Positions 1 to 8,010 of a DNA stretch of 64,000 bases are shown here, piece after piece. The notes beneath the pieces are model-generated. The model was not told where the DNA came from. It worked only from the letters and a program-made list of their open reading frames with translations, and did not search any database. Within the stretch, counting starts at the first letter, position 1. Each line of letters begins with the position of its first letter. A program made the translations under genes and the position numbers. Origin of the DNA: Vicinamibacterales bacterium (lineage in GTDB: Bacteria; Acidobacteriota; Vicinamibacteria; Vicinamibacterales; SCN-69-37). The DNA is taken from positions 73,663 through 137,662 of the forward strand of contig JAKFEY010000059.1 in the NCBI GenBank assembly GCA_036675475.1, written 5' to 3'.

Positions 1-9
1 GTCAGTGAG

Positions 10-46
10 AGCCGCGCGGGACAACGCCCGCGCGGCTTTTCTTTTT
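10..46 (+). terminator. Rho-independent terminator
   Basis: Perfect 11-bp GC stem AGCCGCGCGGG (10-20) / CCCGCGCGGCT (27-37), 6-nt loop ACAACG, then TTTCTTTTT (38-46). Fits the 3' end of a + strand gene ending at or before the window start. Confidence 0.7.
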
Positions 47-47
47 G

Positions 48-107
48 GCCGGCAGCCCGTTGTGGCTGCCGGCTCGCCCCAACAACCAGCAACCAGCAAC
101 CAACAAC
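48..107. repeat. Perfect 10-bp hairpin followed by a 4x degenerate heptamer array
   Basis: GCCGGCAGCC (48-57) / GGCTGCCGGC (64-73) with loop CGTTGT. Then CAACAAC CAGCAAC CAGCAAC CAACAAC (80-107), ending 3 nt from the stop codon (111-113) of the minus-strand epimerase gene. Confidence 0.7.
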
Positions 108-110
108 CGA

Positions 111-1151
111 TCAGAAGAAGCGCTTCAGCACCCCCAGCGCCCCTTGCTTCCAGGGCACGCGGTGCGAGACGCCTGAGGCCTGTTTGAACTGCCGTTCGTG
201 CGCGATGTACCACTCGAAGTTGCGGATGAGCGCGTCCTTGTTCGAGTACTTCGGCGTGAACCCCAGCTGGCGCTCGGCTTTGTCGATCGAGACGAACGAC
301 TCCTTCGCGGCGGTTTCGTAGACCCACGCGTACAGCGGCGAGATGCCCAGCTTCTCGAGCACGCGCAGCACCATGATGGCGGGGCCGGCCGGCGATCCGA
401 TGATCCGCCGGCCCTTGCCGGCATGGTCGAGCACGGCCTGGTAGTCGGACCGGATCGTCCCGAACTCCTTCGCGCCGATGTTGAACGTGTCGTTGACGCG
501 ATCGGCCGGCAGCGAGAGGCAGAGTCGGATGGCTTCGCAGAGGTCTTCGACGTCGAGCAGTTGGTACCGGTTGTGGCCGCTGCCGAGCACGGGGAAGTGG
601 CGGCCGTCGAGCGCCCAGTCATAGAGCATCGCGAACACGCCGAGCCGCTCGGGCCCGACGAATGACTTGGGCCGCACGATCGGCACGACCATGCCCTCGC
701 GCCTGAAGGCCAGGCACACCTGCTCGGCCTCGATCTTCGCCATGCCGTACGGCCCGACGCCCACCATGGGATCGTCCTCGAAGATCGGATGCTTTTCCGG
801 CACGCCGTACACGGCCGTCGACGAGACATGCACCACGCGCTCCACGCCGTGCGCGCGCGCGGACTCGAGCACGGTGCGCGTGCCGTCGACGTCGGTGGTG
901 CGGATGTCCTCCGGCGAATACAGGGGCAGGGCCGCGGCGCCGTGCACGACGAAGCGGACGCCTTCCATGGCGCGATCGACGTCGGCGCGGGTGCGGATGT
1001 CACCGCGCACCTCGCGGACGCACGGCTGCATGTCGGGATAGTCGAATGGCTCGAGGTCGAGCGACGTCAGCTCGTAGCCGCGCGCCTGCAGATACCGAAT
1101 GAGGTTGATGCCGAGGAAACCGGCGCCGCCGGTGACAAGTACACGATTCAC
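111..1151 (-). CDS. NAD-dependent epimerase/dehydratase family protein (extended SDR)
   Basis: A GTG at 1151 gives [17 protein letters not shown] (Rossmann GxxGxxG). The YxxxK motif is present ([10 protein letters not shown]). The upstream 87 codons of the 433-aa ORF are Arg/Ser-rich junk overlapping the next gene. Confidence 0.85.
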   Translation of the reverse strand: MNRVLVTGGAGFLGINLIRYLQARGYELTSLDLEPFDYPDMQPCVREVRGDIRTRADVDRAMEGVRFVVHGAAALPLYSPEDIRTTDVDGTRTVLESARAHGVERVVHVSSTAVYGVPEKHPIFEDDPMVGVGPYGMAKIEAEQVCLAFRREGMVVPIVRPKSFVGPERLGVFAMLYDWALDGRHFPVLGSGHNRYQLLDVEDLCEAIRLCLSLPADRVNDTFNIGAKEFGTIRSDYQAVLDHAGKGRRIIGSPAGPAIMVLRVLEKLGISPLYAWVYETAAKESFVSIDKAERQLGFTPKYSNKDALIRNFEWYIAHERQFKQASGVSHRVPWKQGALGVLKRFF

Positions 1152-1155
1152 GTAA

Positions 1156-1228
1156 GGCTCCAGACTCCAGGTTCCAGCCTCCAGCAGGCGTGTATGTACC
1201 TGAGGTCTGGAGTCCGGGGTCTGGAGCC
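1156..1228. repeat. Imperfect hairpin built from degenerate heptamers (GnnTCCA x4 / complementary x4)
   Basis: Left arm is GGCTCCA GACTCCA GGTTCCA GCCTCCA (1156-1183). Right arm is CTGAGGT CTGGAGT CCGGGGT CTGGAGC (1200-1227). It lies between the stop of the upstream minus-strand gene (1231) and the start of the epimerase gene (1151). No U-tract follows. Confidence 0.7.
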
Positions 1229-1230
1229 TT

Positions 1231-2379
1231 TCAGTATACGTCGCGTTTGTAGCGCTTCGACTTGCGCAGCGCCTCGACGTACTCCTTCGCCTGGTCCGGC
1301 GTGCGGCCCCCTTCGCGCTCGACGATGGCGTGGAGCTCGGCGTCGACGTCGGCCGCCATGCGTTCCTTGTCGCCGCACACGAAGAACTCCGCGCCGTCTT
1401 CCAGCCACGCATAGACGTCGCGCGACTGCTCGCGCATGCGGTGCTGCACGTAAATCTTCTCGGCCTGATCGCGTGAGAAGGCGGTGTCGAGGCGCAGCAG
1501 CCCGCGTGCCGACCACGCGGTGAACTCCGCTTCGTAGAAGAATTCGGTGGCGCGGCGCTGCTCCCCGAAGAACAGCCAGTTGCGGCCCGTGGCGCCGAGC
1601 GCCTCGCGTTCCTCGAGAAACGCGCGAAACGGCGCGACGCCGGTGCCGGGGCCGACCATGATCATCGGCGTCGCCGGATCGGCCGGCATGGCGAAATGCT
1701 TCTGCTGGTTCTGCGTGTAGACCCCGGCGGTCTCGCCAACGGGCCAGCGTTCGTTGATGAACGTGGAGCAGATGCCGCGCCGCACGCGGCCGCGCACGTC
1801 GTAGGTCACGGCGACCACGGTGAGGTGCGCCTCGTCGACGTGCTTCTTCGGGCTCGACGCAATCGAATAGAGCCGCGGCTGCATCCGGCGCAGGGCGCCG
1901 ACGAAGGTCTCGGCCGTGAACGCGCAGTCGGGCGCCTCCTCGAGCACGTCGAGGACGTCATGCGAGGCGTTGTGCGCGTGGAAGTACGTCTTCAGCTCTT
2001 CCTCGTGCCCCTTCTCGAGCATCGACGCGAACGCCGTCGAGCCGCGCTCGCCGCAGGCTTCGAGCAGCCGGCGGCTGGGGGACGTGATGTCGTATTCGTG
2101 CAGCAGCACGTGGCGCAGCGTCGACGGCCCTGCCTTGCCTGGCAGCGCTTCGTCGCCGCTCGCGCCGAGCCGCGCAAGGATTAAATCGACCAGTGCCGGG
2201 TCGTTGACCGGATGCACCCCGAGCGCGTCTCCCGGCAGGTAGGTCATGCCGGACCCGGCGAGCGAAATGGCGTGATGGCGCGTGTCTTTCGACGAGCCCT
2301 CGCCGCTGAGCCGTGTGTTCGAGAGGTGCCGCGCGGGGAAAGGATTGCGCGGGCTGTAGGGGGCCGCCGGTACCGTCAT
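1231..2379 (-). CDS. FAD/NADPH-binding oxidoreductase, sulfite reductase flavoprotein (CysJ C-terminal half) / cytochrome P450 reductase-like, lacking a flavodoxin domain
   Basis: ATG at 2379 ([10 protein letters not shown]). [11 protein letters not shown] motif, [17 protein letters not shown] motif, C-terminal YKRDVY. The first 67 codons of the 449-aa ORF are rejected because they run through the REP doublet. Confidence 0.85.
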   Translation of the reverse strand: MTVPAAPYSPRNPFPARHLSNTRLSGEGSSKDTRHHAISLAGSGMTYLPGDALGVHPVNDPALVDLILARLGASGDEALPGKAGPSTLRHVLLHEYDITSPSRRLLEACGERGSTAFASMLEKGHEEELKTYFHAHNASHDVLDVLEEAPDCAFTAETFVGALRRMQPRLYSIASSPKKHVDEAHLTVVAVTYDVRGRVRRGICSTFINERWPVGETAGVYTQNQQKHFAMPADPATPMIMVGPGTGVAPFRAFLEEREALGATGRNWLFFGEQRRATEFFYEAEFTAWSARGLLRLDTAFSRDQAEKIYVQHRMREQSRDVYAWLEDGAEFFVCGDKERMAADVDAELHAIVEREGGRTPDQAKEYVEALRKSKRYKRDVY

Positions 2380-2390
2380 CCGGACGGAGT

Positions 2391-2450
2391 ATAAAGGGGA
2401 CGGGTCTAATTTCCGCGCGTCTCGGCGGAAATTAGACCCGTCCCCTTTAT
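2391..2450. repeat. REP doublet (REPIN-like): two inverted copies of the GGGGACGGGTCTAATT element forming a perfect 26-bp hairpin
   Basis: ATAAAGGGGACGGGTCTAATTTCCGC (2391-2416), 8-nt loop, GCGGAAATTAGACCCGTCCCCTTTAT (2425-2450). The right arm contains the moaA stop codon (2447-2449). Confidence 0.9.
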
Positions 2451-3466
2451 CCGCCCCGCGTGTGCATCTCCAGGTGCTTGTCGCGCTTGAGCGTCGCGAG
2501 CGGCACGAACGTGCCGCGCGCGGGCAGGGCGCGGCGCTCTTCGGCACCGCGATCGGCGCGCCCCTTCCAGACGGCCGCAATCATCTCGCGCAGCGTGTCG
2601 AGCGACGCGCCGGCGCGCAGCGGGCGGCGCAGATCGGTGCCGTGCGCCGCATACAGGCACAGCAGCCACACGCCATCCGCCGTCAGGCGGCTCCGATCGC
2701 ACGCCCGGCAGAACGGCCTCGTCGTCGACGCAATCACCCCGAAGGTCGTGCCATCAGCCAGCCGGTAGCGCTCGGCCGGCGCGGGGCCGCGTTCTCCGAG
2801 CGTCTCGATCGGGCCGTGTGCCGCGGTGAGCCGCGCGAGGATCTCGTCGCGCGACACCACCTGCGCGATCGACCAGCCCGTGGCGCCGCCCACATCCATG
2901 TACTCGATGAACCGCAGCTCGGCGCCGCGCCCGCGCGCGAACGCCAGCAGATCCTCGATCTCATCGTCGTTGCGGCCACTGACAATGACCGCGTCGATCT
3001 TGAGCGGGAAGCCGGCCGCGGCGGCGGCGTCGATGCCGCGAAGCACGGAATGCAGATCGCGGCGGCGCGTCATCTCGGCGAACCGATCGGCGCGCAGCGT
3101 GTCGAGGCTGACCGTCACGCGCTGCAGCCCGGCCGTCTGCAGGGCGCGCGCCTGGTCGGCCAGCAGCACGCCGTTGGTGGTCAACGCGAGATCCTCGACC
3201 CACGGGCGCGCGGCGAGCTGCGCCACCAGCCGGTCGAGGTCGCGGCGCAGCAGCGGCTCGCCGCCGGTCAGCCGCACTTTCGTCGCGCCATGCTCGGCAA
3301 ACAGGTCGGCGAGCAGCACCGTTTCCTCGAAGGTGAGGATGTCTTCGCGCGGCAGCCATGCATAGCTCTCTTCGGGCATGCAGTACAGGCAGCGCAGGTT
3401 GCACCGGTCGGTGACCGAAATGCGCAGGCTGCCGAGCGGACGGCCGAGCGTATCGAAGACAGGCAT
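2447..3466 (-). CDS. moaA: GTP 3',8-cyclase MoaA (radical SAM, molybdenum cofactor biosynthesis)
   Basis: N-terminal LRISVTDRCNLRCLYCMP (CxxxCxxC). Full-length colinearity with MoaA, including the C-terminal Cys cluster (CRACDRSRLTADG). Confidence 0.95.
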   Translation of the reverse strand: MPVFDTLGRPLGSLRISVTDRCNLRCLYCMPEESYAWLPREDILTFEETVLLADLFAEHGATKVRLTGGEPLLRRDLDRLVAQLAARPWVEDLALTTNGVLLADQARALQTAGLQRVTVSLDTLRADRFAEMTRRRDLHSVLRGIDAAAAAGFPLKIDAVIVSGRNDDEIEDLLAFARGRGAELRFIEYMDVGGATGWSIAQVVSRDEILARLTAAHGPIETLGERGPAPAERYRLADGTTFGVIASTTRPFCRACDRSRLTADGVWLLCLYAAHGTDLRRPLRAGASLDTLREMIAAVWKGRADRGAEERRALPARGTFVPLATLKRDKHLEMHTRGG

Positions 3467-3468
3467 GG

Positions 3469-3492
3469 GTAGGCCGGGACTTCAGTCCCGGC
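3469..3492 (+). repeat. GTAG-type REP: GTAG + 8-bp GC hairpin
   Basis: GTAG GCCGGGAC TTCA GTCCCGGC. Starts 3 nt upstream of the moaA start codon. The same architecture recurs at 42985-43008 and 43568-43591 in the opposite orientation. Confidence 0.8.
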
Positions 3493-3527
3493 ATGACTAT
3501 AATGCCGCATCTTTCCTGGAGGCCCTC

Positions 3528-5174
3528 ATGCGTCGCGTCATTGTCCCGGCTCTCACGCTTCTGATTTCCCTGCACGCGCCCCGTCCCGCGGTGCTGGCCG
3601 CGCAGGACGCGCCGCAGCAGCGGCCCGCGCCGCCGCCGCAATCCGGCGTCATTGCCGACGATGCGCGCGTCGCAAAGCTGAAGGCCGAGGTGCTGGCCGA
3701 GGTCGAGGGCATGCGGGTGTTCACGCAGCAGATGGTCGACCAGATCTTCAGCTACGGGGAACTCGGCTTCCAGGAGGTCGAGACCAACCGCTATCTGGTC
3801 GACCTGCTCAGGAAGAACGGCTTCTCGGTTGAAGAGGGCGTCGCGGGCATTCCCACGGCGTTCATGGCGAGCTGGGGATCGGGCAAGCCGGTCATTGCGC
3901 TCGGCTCGGATATCGACGGCATTCCGCAGTCGTCGCAGAAGCCCGGCGTCGCCTACCGCGATCCCATCGTCGAGGGCGCGCCAGGGCATGGCGAGGGCCA
4001 CAACTCCGGCCAGGCCGTGAACATCACGGCGGCGCTCGCGCTCAAGAAAATCATGGAGCGCGACAAGATTCCGGGCACCATTCGCATCTGGCCGGGCACG
4101 GCGGAAGAGCTCGTCGGCACGAAGGCGTATTTCATCCGCGCGGGCCTGTTCAAGGATGTCGACGTCGCGCTGTTCACGCACGTCGGCCGCAATCTCGGCG
4201 TGTCGTGGGGCGACGGCGGCGGCACCGGCCTCGTCTCGGTCGAATACCAGTTCGAGGGCGAAACCGCGCATGCCGCCGGTTCGCCGTGGCGGGGCCGCAG
4301 CGCGCTCGACGCCGTCGAGCTGATGAACATCGGCTGGAACTACCGCCGCGAGCATCTGCCGCTCGAGCACCGCTCGCACTACGTCATCAAGAATGGCGGC
4401 GACCAGCCGAACGTCGTGCCTCGCACCGCGTCGGTCTGGTACTACTTCAGGCAGACGACGTACCCGAAGCTGATGGAGCTGTGGAAGCTCGGCGACGAGA
4501 TGGCGCAGGGTGCGGCGATGATGACCGGCACGAAGCTGGTGAAGTCGCGCGTGCTGGGGTCGGCCTGGCCGCGGCACTTCAACAAGGTCATCGCGGAAGC
4601 GACGTACGAAAACATCAAGAAAGTCGGCCTGCCCGAGTGGAGCGCCGAGGATCAGCTGCTGGCGAAGGCGGTGCAGAAGGAGCTGGGCGCGAACGAGCAG
4701 GGCCTGTCGACGCGGCTCGGCAATCTCGGGCAGCCGGTGCTCGAGTCGCAGAACCGCGGCGGCGGGTCGGACGACATCGGCGACATCTCGTGGAACGTGC
4801 CGACGGTCACGCTCAGTTTTCCGTCGAACATTCCGGGCCTGCCGGGACACAACTGGGCCGACAGCATCGCCATGGCGACGCCCATCGCGCACAAGGGCGC
4901 CACGGCCGGGGCGAAAGCGCAGGCGATGACGCTCGTCGACATTCTGCTCAAGCCGCAGATCGTCGAGCGCGCCTGGGATTACTTCCGCACCGTGCAGACC
5001 AAGACGCAGCAGTACACGCCGCTGCCGCGGCCGGAAGACATGCCGGCGATCGAGCTCAATCGCGACATCATGGCGCGCTACCGCGAGGAGATGCGGAAGT
5101 TCTACTTCGACCCCACGAAGTACAAGACGTACATGGAGCAGCTCGGGATCAAGTACCCGACCATCAAGAAGTAG
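3528..5174 (+). CDS. Secreted M20-family metallopeptidase/amidohydrolase (AbgB-like)
   Basis: ATG at 3528 gives signal-like MRRVIVPALTLLISLHAPRPAVLAAQ. M20 motifs are present (ALGSDIDG, GHGEGHN, TAEE). The 598-aa ORF start at 3378 overlaps moaA and is rejected. Confidence 0.85.
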   Translation: MRRVIVPALTLLISLHAPRPAVLAAQDAPQQRPAPPPQSGVIADDARVAKLKAEVLAEVEGMRVFTQQMVDQIFSYGELGFQEVETNRYLVDLLRKNGFSVEEGVAGIPTAFMASWGSGKPVIALGSDIDGIPQSSQKPGVAYRDPIVEGAPGHGEGHNSGQAVNITAALALKKIMERDKIPGTIRIWPGTAEELVGTKAYFIRAGLFKDVDVALFTHVGRNLGVSWGDGGGTGLVSVEYQFEGETAHAAGSPWRGRSALDAVELMNIGWNYRREHLPLEHRSHYVIKNGGDQPNVVPRTASVWYYFRQTTYPKLMELWKLGDEMAQGAAMMTGTKLVKSRVLGSAWPRHFNKVIAEATYENIKKVGLPEWSAEDQLLAKAVQKELGANEQGLSTRLGNLGQPVLESQNRGGGSDDIGDISWNVPTVTLSFPSNIPGLPGHNWADSIAMATPIAHKGATAGAKAQAMTLVDILLKPQIVERAWDYFRTVQTKTQQYTPLPRPEDMPAIELNRDIMARYREEMRKFYFDPTKYKTYMEQLGIKYPTIKK

Positions 5175-7490
5175 CTATCGCCTGAGCGGCGAGAGATCGA
5201 TCAGCGGATCGTTCTCGGGCAGCGACAGGAAGTATTCGACGCGCGGCTGGTCGTCGGTGAGGATCGGGCCCTCGCCGACGAACGCGCGCAGCGCGTCGGG
5301 GCCGGCCGTGAAGCGCGACATCAGCACCGAGGCCGGCAGCGTGCCGTCGCGCCCGAGCAGGGCCATGACGCGCGCGTCCTGTTCCTTGAGCGTCAGCGCG
5401 CCCGCGTCGATCTTCAGCGGGCCGTGGCCGCCGATCAGAATCTGATTGGACCAGAGCGTGGCGTCGGGGAACACGCTGAGAAACGTGCGTACCATCATCT
5501 TCCACTGCGCGCTGCCCGCCGGCGCCACCCACTGCGCCATCAGACCCTGCGGCGCCAGCACGTTCTTCACCATCCGGTAATAGTCCGCTGAATACAGCGC
5601 GCCGGCGCCCGCGTGTGTCGGCAGGATGGCGTCTGCCGTGACGACGTCATATTTGCGGCGCGTGACCATGAGATACGTGCGGCCGTCGCCAACCATGACG
5701 CGCACGTTCGGCTGCCGCAGCAGGTCGTTGTTGACGCGCGAGAAGAAGCGAGCGCCGTCGACGACGGCCGAGGAGAGCTCCACGACATCGACCTGCACGC
5801 CGGGATACTCGGACGCGCCGCCGGGCGTGGCGCCGCCGCCGAGGCCGACCGAGAGCAGCAGGTGCGGATTCGGATGCAGGGCGAGCGGCAGGAGGGCGAA
5901 GTGCTTGTGAAACGCCACCATGCCGGGCCCGTCGTTCGCCTGATGCAGCCCGTTGAGCAGCATCGCGCGGCGCACCGCGCCATCCGGCAGCCGCTCTTCC
6001 GTAATCGCCACCGTGGTCTGGATGCCTTCCTTGCGCCAGATGGTTGACTGGCCCTGATAGCGAAGCGGCAGGACGACCTCGTTGAGATCGGGGAGCGTCA
6101 TGACGCCGATGGCGCCGAGCGTGACGCCGGCCGCGGCCAGCGTGAGTCGCGAGCGTTTGTCGAGCGAGACGAGCAGCAGGAAGCCGCCGGCGATCATCAG
6201 CAGCGACAGCAGAACGAGGCTGCGATGGGAGCCGAGCAGCGGGAGCAGCAGGAAGCCGCCGGCGAGCGACCCGGCAATGGAGCCGGCGACGTTCAGCGCA
6301 TAAATGTTGCCGAGCCGCCGGCCGTGGCGCCCTGGCGCGCCGGCGCGCGCGTCGCGCGCCGCCGTAAACGACGCGAGCGCAATCGGCAGCGCGATGCCCA
6401 TCATCAGCGCCGCCGGAAAAATGGAGACGAAGGTGCCGACGAGCAGCGGCGCCAGATGATCGGGCAAGTAGCGCGCAATGACCGCATTCGCCCAGCGCAT
6501 CACGTCGAGGCTCCACGCCATGCCCCGGAACGACAGCAGCGCGAGCACGCCCGTGCCGATCTCCGCGATCGCCAGCCACAGGGCCCAGTTGCGCGAGCGG
6601 CGCAGGACGATGCCGGACAGGTAGCTGCCGAGGCCGATGCCGGCGAGCACGGCCGCCAGCATGATGGTGAACGCGTAGGTGGTCGGCCGCAGGATGATGG
6701 CCGCGAGCACGCGGAACCAGACCACTTCGAGGGCCAGCGACACGAAGCCGGACAGGATCACAATGGCCGCGATCGCCCACGGACGCGGCAGGATCAATTC
6801 AGAGTTGAGAGTTGAGAATTCAGAATTACTGTGGCCTGCTGCCACCGCCTTGCGTCGCGAGGCCGCGATCGCCGCAAGGCCCACGAACAGATTGAGACCG
6901 GCGGCCACGAAGAAGCTGCGCGTCATGCCGAGCGCGGGCACCATCCACAGGCCCGCGGCGAGCGTGCCGGCCGTGGCGCCCATGGTGTTGGTGCCGTACA
7001 GCAGCCCGAGGCGCGCGGCGTGCCCGGCATGGGCGCGCGCGGCGCGCACGATGACGGGAAGCGTGGCGCCCATCAGCATCGCCGGCACGATCAACACGAG
7101 CGCGGACAGGACGAACCGCACCAGCGTGAGCGCGACCGAACCCTCGCTCGTGCCGGGATGCCAGCGGATGAAGAGCGCCTGCACCGCATCGAGCAGCACG
7201 GGCGAGGCCAGCGCCGTGAGTCCGGCGCCCAGCTCGATCAGGCCGAACGTGCGCAGCGGATGGCGGGTGCGGTCGGCCAGCCGGCCGCCGAGCGTGCTGC
7301 CGAGCGCGAGACCGGCCATGAAGCTGGCCAGCACCGTGGCCGCCGCGTGCACGGTGACCCCGAAGGTGAGGCCCAGCAGGCGCATCCACAGCACCTGATA
7401 CACCAGCGCCGCGGCGCCCGAGAGTCCGTAAAGCAGAAGCAGGAGTGGGAACACTATAATTGGATGAATGTTGCGGCCGTTCCGGGGCAT
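5175..7490 (-). CDS. Fused polytopic membrane (MFS-like) / spermidine synthase-like protein
   Basis: Many TM segments (LSGAAALVYQVLWMRLL type, duplicated). The C-terminal class-I methyltransferase/spermidine synthase fold shows VGLGGGATP, VDVVELS, GDGRTYL and YDVVTADA. The start is ambiguous: ATG 7490 overlaps the divergent gene by 23 nt, while GTG 7454 avoids the overlap. Confidence 0.8.
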   Translation of the reverse strand: MPRNGRNIHPIIVFPLLLLLYGLSGAAALVYQVLWMRLLGLTFGVTVHAAATVLASFMAGLALGSTLGGRLADRTRHPLRTFGLIELGAGLTALASPVLLDAVQALFIRWHPGTSEGSVALTLVRFVLSALVLIVPAMLMGATLPVIVRAARAHAGHAARLGLLYGTNTMGATAGTLAAGLWMVPALGMTRSFFVAAGLNLFVGLAAIAASRRKAVAAGHSNSEFSTLNSELILPRPWAIAAIVILSGFVSLALEVVWFRVLAAIILRPTTYAFTIMLAAVLAGIGLGSYLSGIVLRRSRNWALWLAIAEIGTGVLALLSFRGMAWSLDVMRWANAVIARYLPDHLAPLLVGTFVSIFPAALMMGIALPIALASFTAARDARAGAPGRHGRRLGNIYALNVAGSIAGSLAGGFLLLPLLGSHRSLVLLSLLMIAGGFLLLVSLDKRSRLTLAAAGVTLGAIGVMTLPDLNEVVLPLRYQGQSTIWRKEGIQTTVAITEERLPDGAVRRAMLLNGLHQANDGPGMVAFHKHFALLPLALHPNPHLLLSVGLGGGATPGGASEYPGVQVDVVELSSAVVDGARFFSRVNNDLLRQPNVRVMVGDGRTYLMVTRRKYDVVTADAILPTHAGAGALYSADYYRMVKNVLAPQGLMAQWVAPAGSAQWKMMVRTFLSVFPDATLWSNQILIGGHGPLKIDAGALTLKEQDARVMALLGRDGTLPASVLMSRFTAGPDALRAFVGEGPILTDDQPRVEYFLSLPENDPLIDLSPLRR
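6796..6830. repeat. AT-rich 5x degenerate heptamer array inside the coding sequence
   Basis: AATTCAG AGTTGAG AGTTGAG AATTCAG AATTACT. Translated on the minus strand as SNSEFSTLNSEL, in the loop between the two membrane halves of the 771-aa protein. Confidence 0.75.
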
Positions 7491-8010
7491 TCTCCCGCAG
7501 GTGGACCCTTCCGTCTACATCGATCAGAGCGCCCAGATCATCGGCGACGTCACGATCGGCGCCGACAGCAGCGTCTGGATGAATGTCGTCATCCGCGGCG
7601 ACGTGAATCGTATTCGCATCGGCCGCCGCACGAACATACAGGACGGGACCATCATCCACGTGATGCGCGATACGCACGCGACAGCGCTCGGTGATGATGT
7701 GACGGTGGGGCATGCCGCGGTGCTGCACGGCTGCACGATCGAAGACCGGTGCCTGATCGGCATGGGCGCGATGCTGCTCAACGGCGCCACGATTGGCGCC
7801 GACTCGATTGTGGCGGCCGGCACGCTGGTCACCGAAGAGACGCGGATTCCGGCGCGGTCGCTCGTGATGGGACGCCCCGGCAAGGTGAAGCGCGCCCTGA
7901 CGGACGAGGAAGTGGCGTCGATCCTGGATTATTCGGACCGCTACGTCGGCTACAAGAAGGATTATGCGACGAGCGAGCACGGGGTGCAGGGGTCCCCGCC
8001 CAAATCATGA
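7468..8010 (+). CDS. Gamma-class carbonic anhydrase family / hexapeptide-repeat (left-handed beta-helix) protein
   Basis: MLRPFRGILPQVDPSVYIDQSAQIIGDVTIG plus repeated hexapeptide pattern and His ligands (IIHVMRD, GHAAVLHG). The stop overlaps the hisS start (ATGA). Confidence 0.85.
   Translation: MLRPFRGILPQVDPSVYIDQSAQIIGDVTIGADSSVWMNVVIRGDVNRIRIGRRTNIQDGTIIHVMRDTHATALGDDVTVGHAAVLHGCTIEDRCLIGMGAMLLNGATIGADSIVAAGTLVTEETRIPARSLVMGRPGKVKRALTDEEVASILDYSDRYVGYKKDYATSEHGVQGSPPKS
7981..8000. repeat. Short GC-rich motif GGGGTGCAGGGGTCCCCGCC
   Basis: The same 20-nt pattern GGGG[TC]GCAGGGG[N]CCCCGC occurs twice inside era (15003-15022, 15039-58). Here it encodes the C-terminal GVQGSPP. Confidence 0.6.

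Noticed and set aside
5-187. 60-aa ORF at the window start
   Set aside because: It spans a terminator, a hairpin, a heptamer array and the antisense of the epimerase 3' end, so coding is not plausible.
3467-3527. Possible molybdenum-cofactor riboswitch upstream of moaA
   Set aside because: Only 61 nt separate the divergent genes, and most of that is the GTAG-REP hairpin. This is too short for a Moco RNA motif.
2961-4892. 643-aa ORF on the minus strand
   Set aside because: It is antisense to the well-supported M20 peptidase and moaA genes and is extremely Arg/Ala/Pro-rich with no motifs. This is a typical stop-codon-poor antisense frame in GC-rich DNA.
7452-7490. 23-nt overlap of divergent start codons (membrane protein ATG 7490 versus gamma-CA-like ATG 7468)
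   Set aside because: This is probably an annotation ambiguity rather than biology. An in-frame GTG at 7454 gives a non-overlapping start with the first TM segment intact.
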